A stretch of 64,000 bases of DNA from Lingula anatina. Taxonomy: Eukaryota; Animalia; Brachiopoda. Both the position numbers and the translations under genes were made by a program. Numbering within the stretch: position 1 is the stretch's first letter; each line of letters opens with the position of its first letter. Location: assembly GCA_051362555.1 (NCBI GenBank), contig CM120642.1, forward strand, positions 21,514,001 to 21,578,000. Reading direction: 5' to 3'. The notes under the pieces are model-generated. The model was given only the letters and a program-made list of their open reading frames with translations. It did not search any database and was not told the origin of the DNA. Positions 61,788 through 64,000 of this stretch are shown here, in pieces.

Positions 61788-62420
61788 ATTCATAGTCACA
61801 TTCCATCAGTGTAATAAATAGATCCTTATTCTATTGCCCCTGCTGTCTTAACCTCTCTCCTTCATATGTCTGCTGTCACAGCTGTTGTGTCTTGAACATC
61901 AACTGAAGAAAAAAAAAAAGAAACCATAATTGTCCACAATAAGGATATTACATATTCAAAGATATACATGCAATAAAAACAGATAACAGTGAATTAACTT
62001 AGTAATTGTGCAAGAGAGTCCGCTTATTGTGTGTTTAATGAATGCCTGTTAAATTGGTGTATACCATCTTACCTCTTTCGATCTTTAATGCTCTCAGCAT
62101 CTGACATACTCTTTCTGTCTTTTATGTCGCCTGAAAACAAAAAAATGGAATAGAAACTATCTGTGTACAAATAGGATTTGGGCAAAAATACAGAACTGAA
62201 AACTCATTCAAAGTCTATTCATTACAAAATTAATTATTTTCATGAAGACCAGATTTAGTATTATAAGACCAGGTTGCTTGAGCAACACTGTTCGTATGTA
62301 TGTGTGCATGTTAGTGTGTGTGCATGCATGTGCACATTTAATATGTGTATAATATCATAATTTAATCTGGGCTCCATTCGACCAGATGCATGGGGAGGCA
62401 TGTGAGAGGCGAGATATATT

Positions 62421-62698
62421 ACAAGGACCAAAACTTTCACCCTGAAAATCAACAGCTACAAGAACCAAGACTTGCACCCTGAGAGTCAACAGCTACAAGG
62501 ACCAAGACTTGCACCCTGAAAATCAACAGCTACAAGGACCAAAACTTGCACCCTGAGAGACAACAGCTACAAGGACCAAGACTTGCACCCTGAGAGTCAA
62601 CAGCTACAAGGACCAAAACTTGCACCCTGAGAGACAACAGCTACAAGGACCAAGACTTGCACCCTGAGAGACAACAGCTACAAGGACCAAGACTTGCC
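62421..62698. repeat. 37-bp minisatellite, ~7.5 copies
   Basis: Unit ACAAGGACCAA(A/G)ACTTGCACCCTGAGAG(T/A)CAACAGCT. Confidence 0.95.
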
Positions 62699-62705
62699 TT
62701 GGTTG

Positions 62706-63021
62706 CCCATGCACATGTTGGCCCAACGTTGGGTTTCCATCTAAGTGCTCACTTTGGCCGACGGTTGGCTGAATGTATTTGGCCAACGTTGGCCCAACGT
62801 TAGTCAATTTCAATGCTAAAGCATTGCCAACATATTACCAACCAAACTATGTTGGCCCTACATTGGGTCAACTAATATTCAACATGGGCCCAACAATTAC
62901 CCAACCTGAAACCAACAGTGTATTTATGTTGGTTCTACTAATAACCAACATCGATCCAACATACCTCAAACCAACATTGCATTAACATTGGGCCAACGGT
63001 AGGCCAACGGGTCACTGAGGT
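62706..63021. mobile_element. MITE-like remnant made of TTGG(C)CCAAC subterminal repeats (CACTA/EnSpm-like)
   Basis: About ten GTTGG(C/G)CCAAC(G/A) motifs in both orientations, starting at CCC. TIRs are poorly preserved. Confidence 0.5.
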
Positions 63022-64000
63022 ATCTGCAATTTGCACAATGATTAACGACCCAACCTAAAACCAGGAGCACAGTGATTTACATCATTGAACCAAAGGCAAA
63101 ATAATTTTATCCAGAATCACATACGTAGTAGGGCACTGTAATAACATGTCTGATGCACAGGCAGATCAGTGTCCTGATGAAATATCTTAAGCATCTGAAA
63201 TCTGCAGACTGCAAGGTATAACTGAAAAATTAGCAAGCTGATTAATGGATGAATTCTTCAAAGGACTTGATCTGCCTGTGTTGTGGTTGAAACAAAAAGA
63301 TTAGTGATATATTTTAAACTGTTTAATTAATTCATAACATTACACTGAACAAATACCTTCAACCAACTAAGTAATGTGATGTGAATGGAAAAATAATACA
63401 AAAATACATCTCAAAGAAACTTTTTATAAAGATATTTTAATATTAAATTCAAACAATTGTTAAATGATTCATGTCAAGAAAATTATTACCAGTCCTGTGA
63501 AAGAACTTTCCACCTTATTCCTGGAGTCAAGGCAGTTTTTTCACCCAATCCAAGAATCACAATTATTTCAATTTTTAAAAAATCTTCATTAAATTAAATT
63601 TAAATCCAGAAACCCTTGATTAATATCAGGTAAGATGTTTAAAATTCAAAAGAACTGTCATTAAGTAGATAAGTTACTAGTAAGTCTATAAAATCACATA
63701 AAGTCTCTTCCTTCAGGCAAAATCTCAGACATTGTCTATTTAAATAAAATCAGTGGTCATATGAATGTAATCTTCATTTTTCTCTCTCTTTCCTGTCCTG
63801 CACCTGCATGATCTTTGGCAAAGCATGATTAGTTAGGTGTATCTTCAACATCTTTTTCTTAACAGTCACAGAGGAGTGTACTTCATCTACAAATTAAAAT
63901 ATTAAAAATTTAACTTGAAATATAATGCTGGAATTGATATGCATATGCATTATATGCATAACATTTTTAGGTGCTTGACTATACCTCTTCCCACATCACT

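Larger units (their letters stand above)
57234..63886 (-). pseudogene. Decayed multi-exon gene of unknown identity (probably extends beyond the window)
   Basis: Minus-strand acceptors with pyrimidine tracts at 63886, 63275, 62130, 61902 and 61555; donors at 63125, 62073 and 57234. The 58-bp exon 62073-62130 reads DIKDRKSMSDAESIKDRK. Other exons carry in-frame stops. No recognisable domain. Confidence 0.4.

Overview
AT-rich eukaryotic DNA, probably from a marine invertebrate (inferred from the repeat families and spliceosomal GT-AG introns). No intact host gene is visible. The main feature is a young full-length BEL/Pao LTR retrotransposon (28947-35231, minus strand) with 247-bp LTRs, an ATTAT TSD, a tRNA-His-type PBS and two frameshifts in the integrase. 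It lies antisense in an intron of a fragmented HEATR3-like pseudogene (~9670-35981, +). The window also holds many non-autonomous DNA transposons (CAG-ended MITEs with 5-, 6- and 8-bp TSDs, PIF/Harbinger, MULE-like, a Kolobok-like element with a THAP remnant, Helentron/DINE-like elements), a LINE RT fragment, several minisatellites, local duplications and two further decayed spliced genes. The most unusual signal is a 59-60-bp element, TGTCTCAAC(C)ATGRTTGTGACG-N22/23-TGTGYTAG..GACA. It occurs five times in the same orientation, in two clusters ~35 kb apart, with no TSD and mostly unrelated flanks. All calls were made by eye; no database searches were run.
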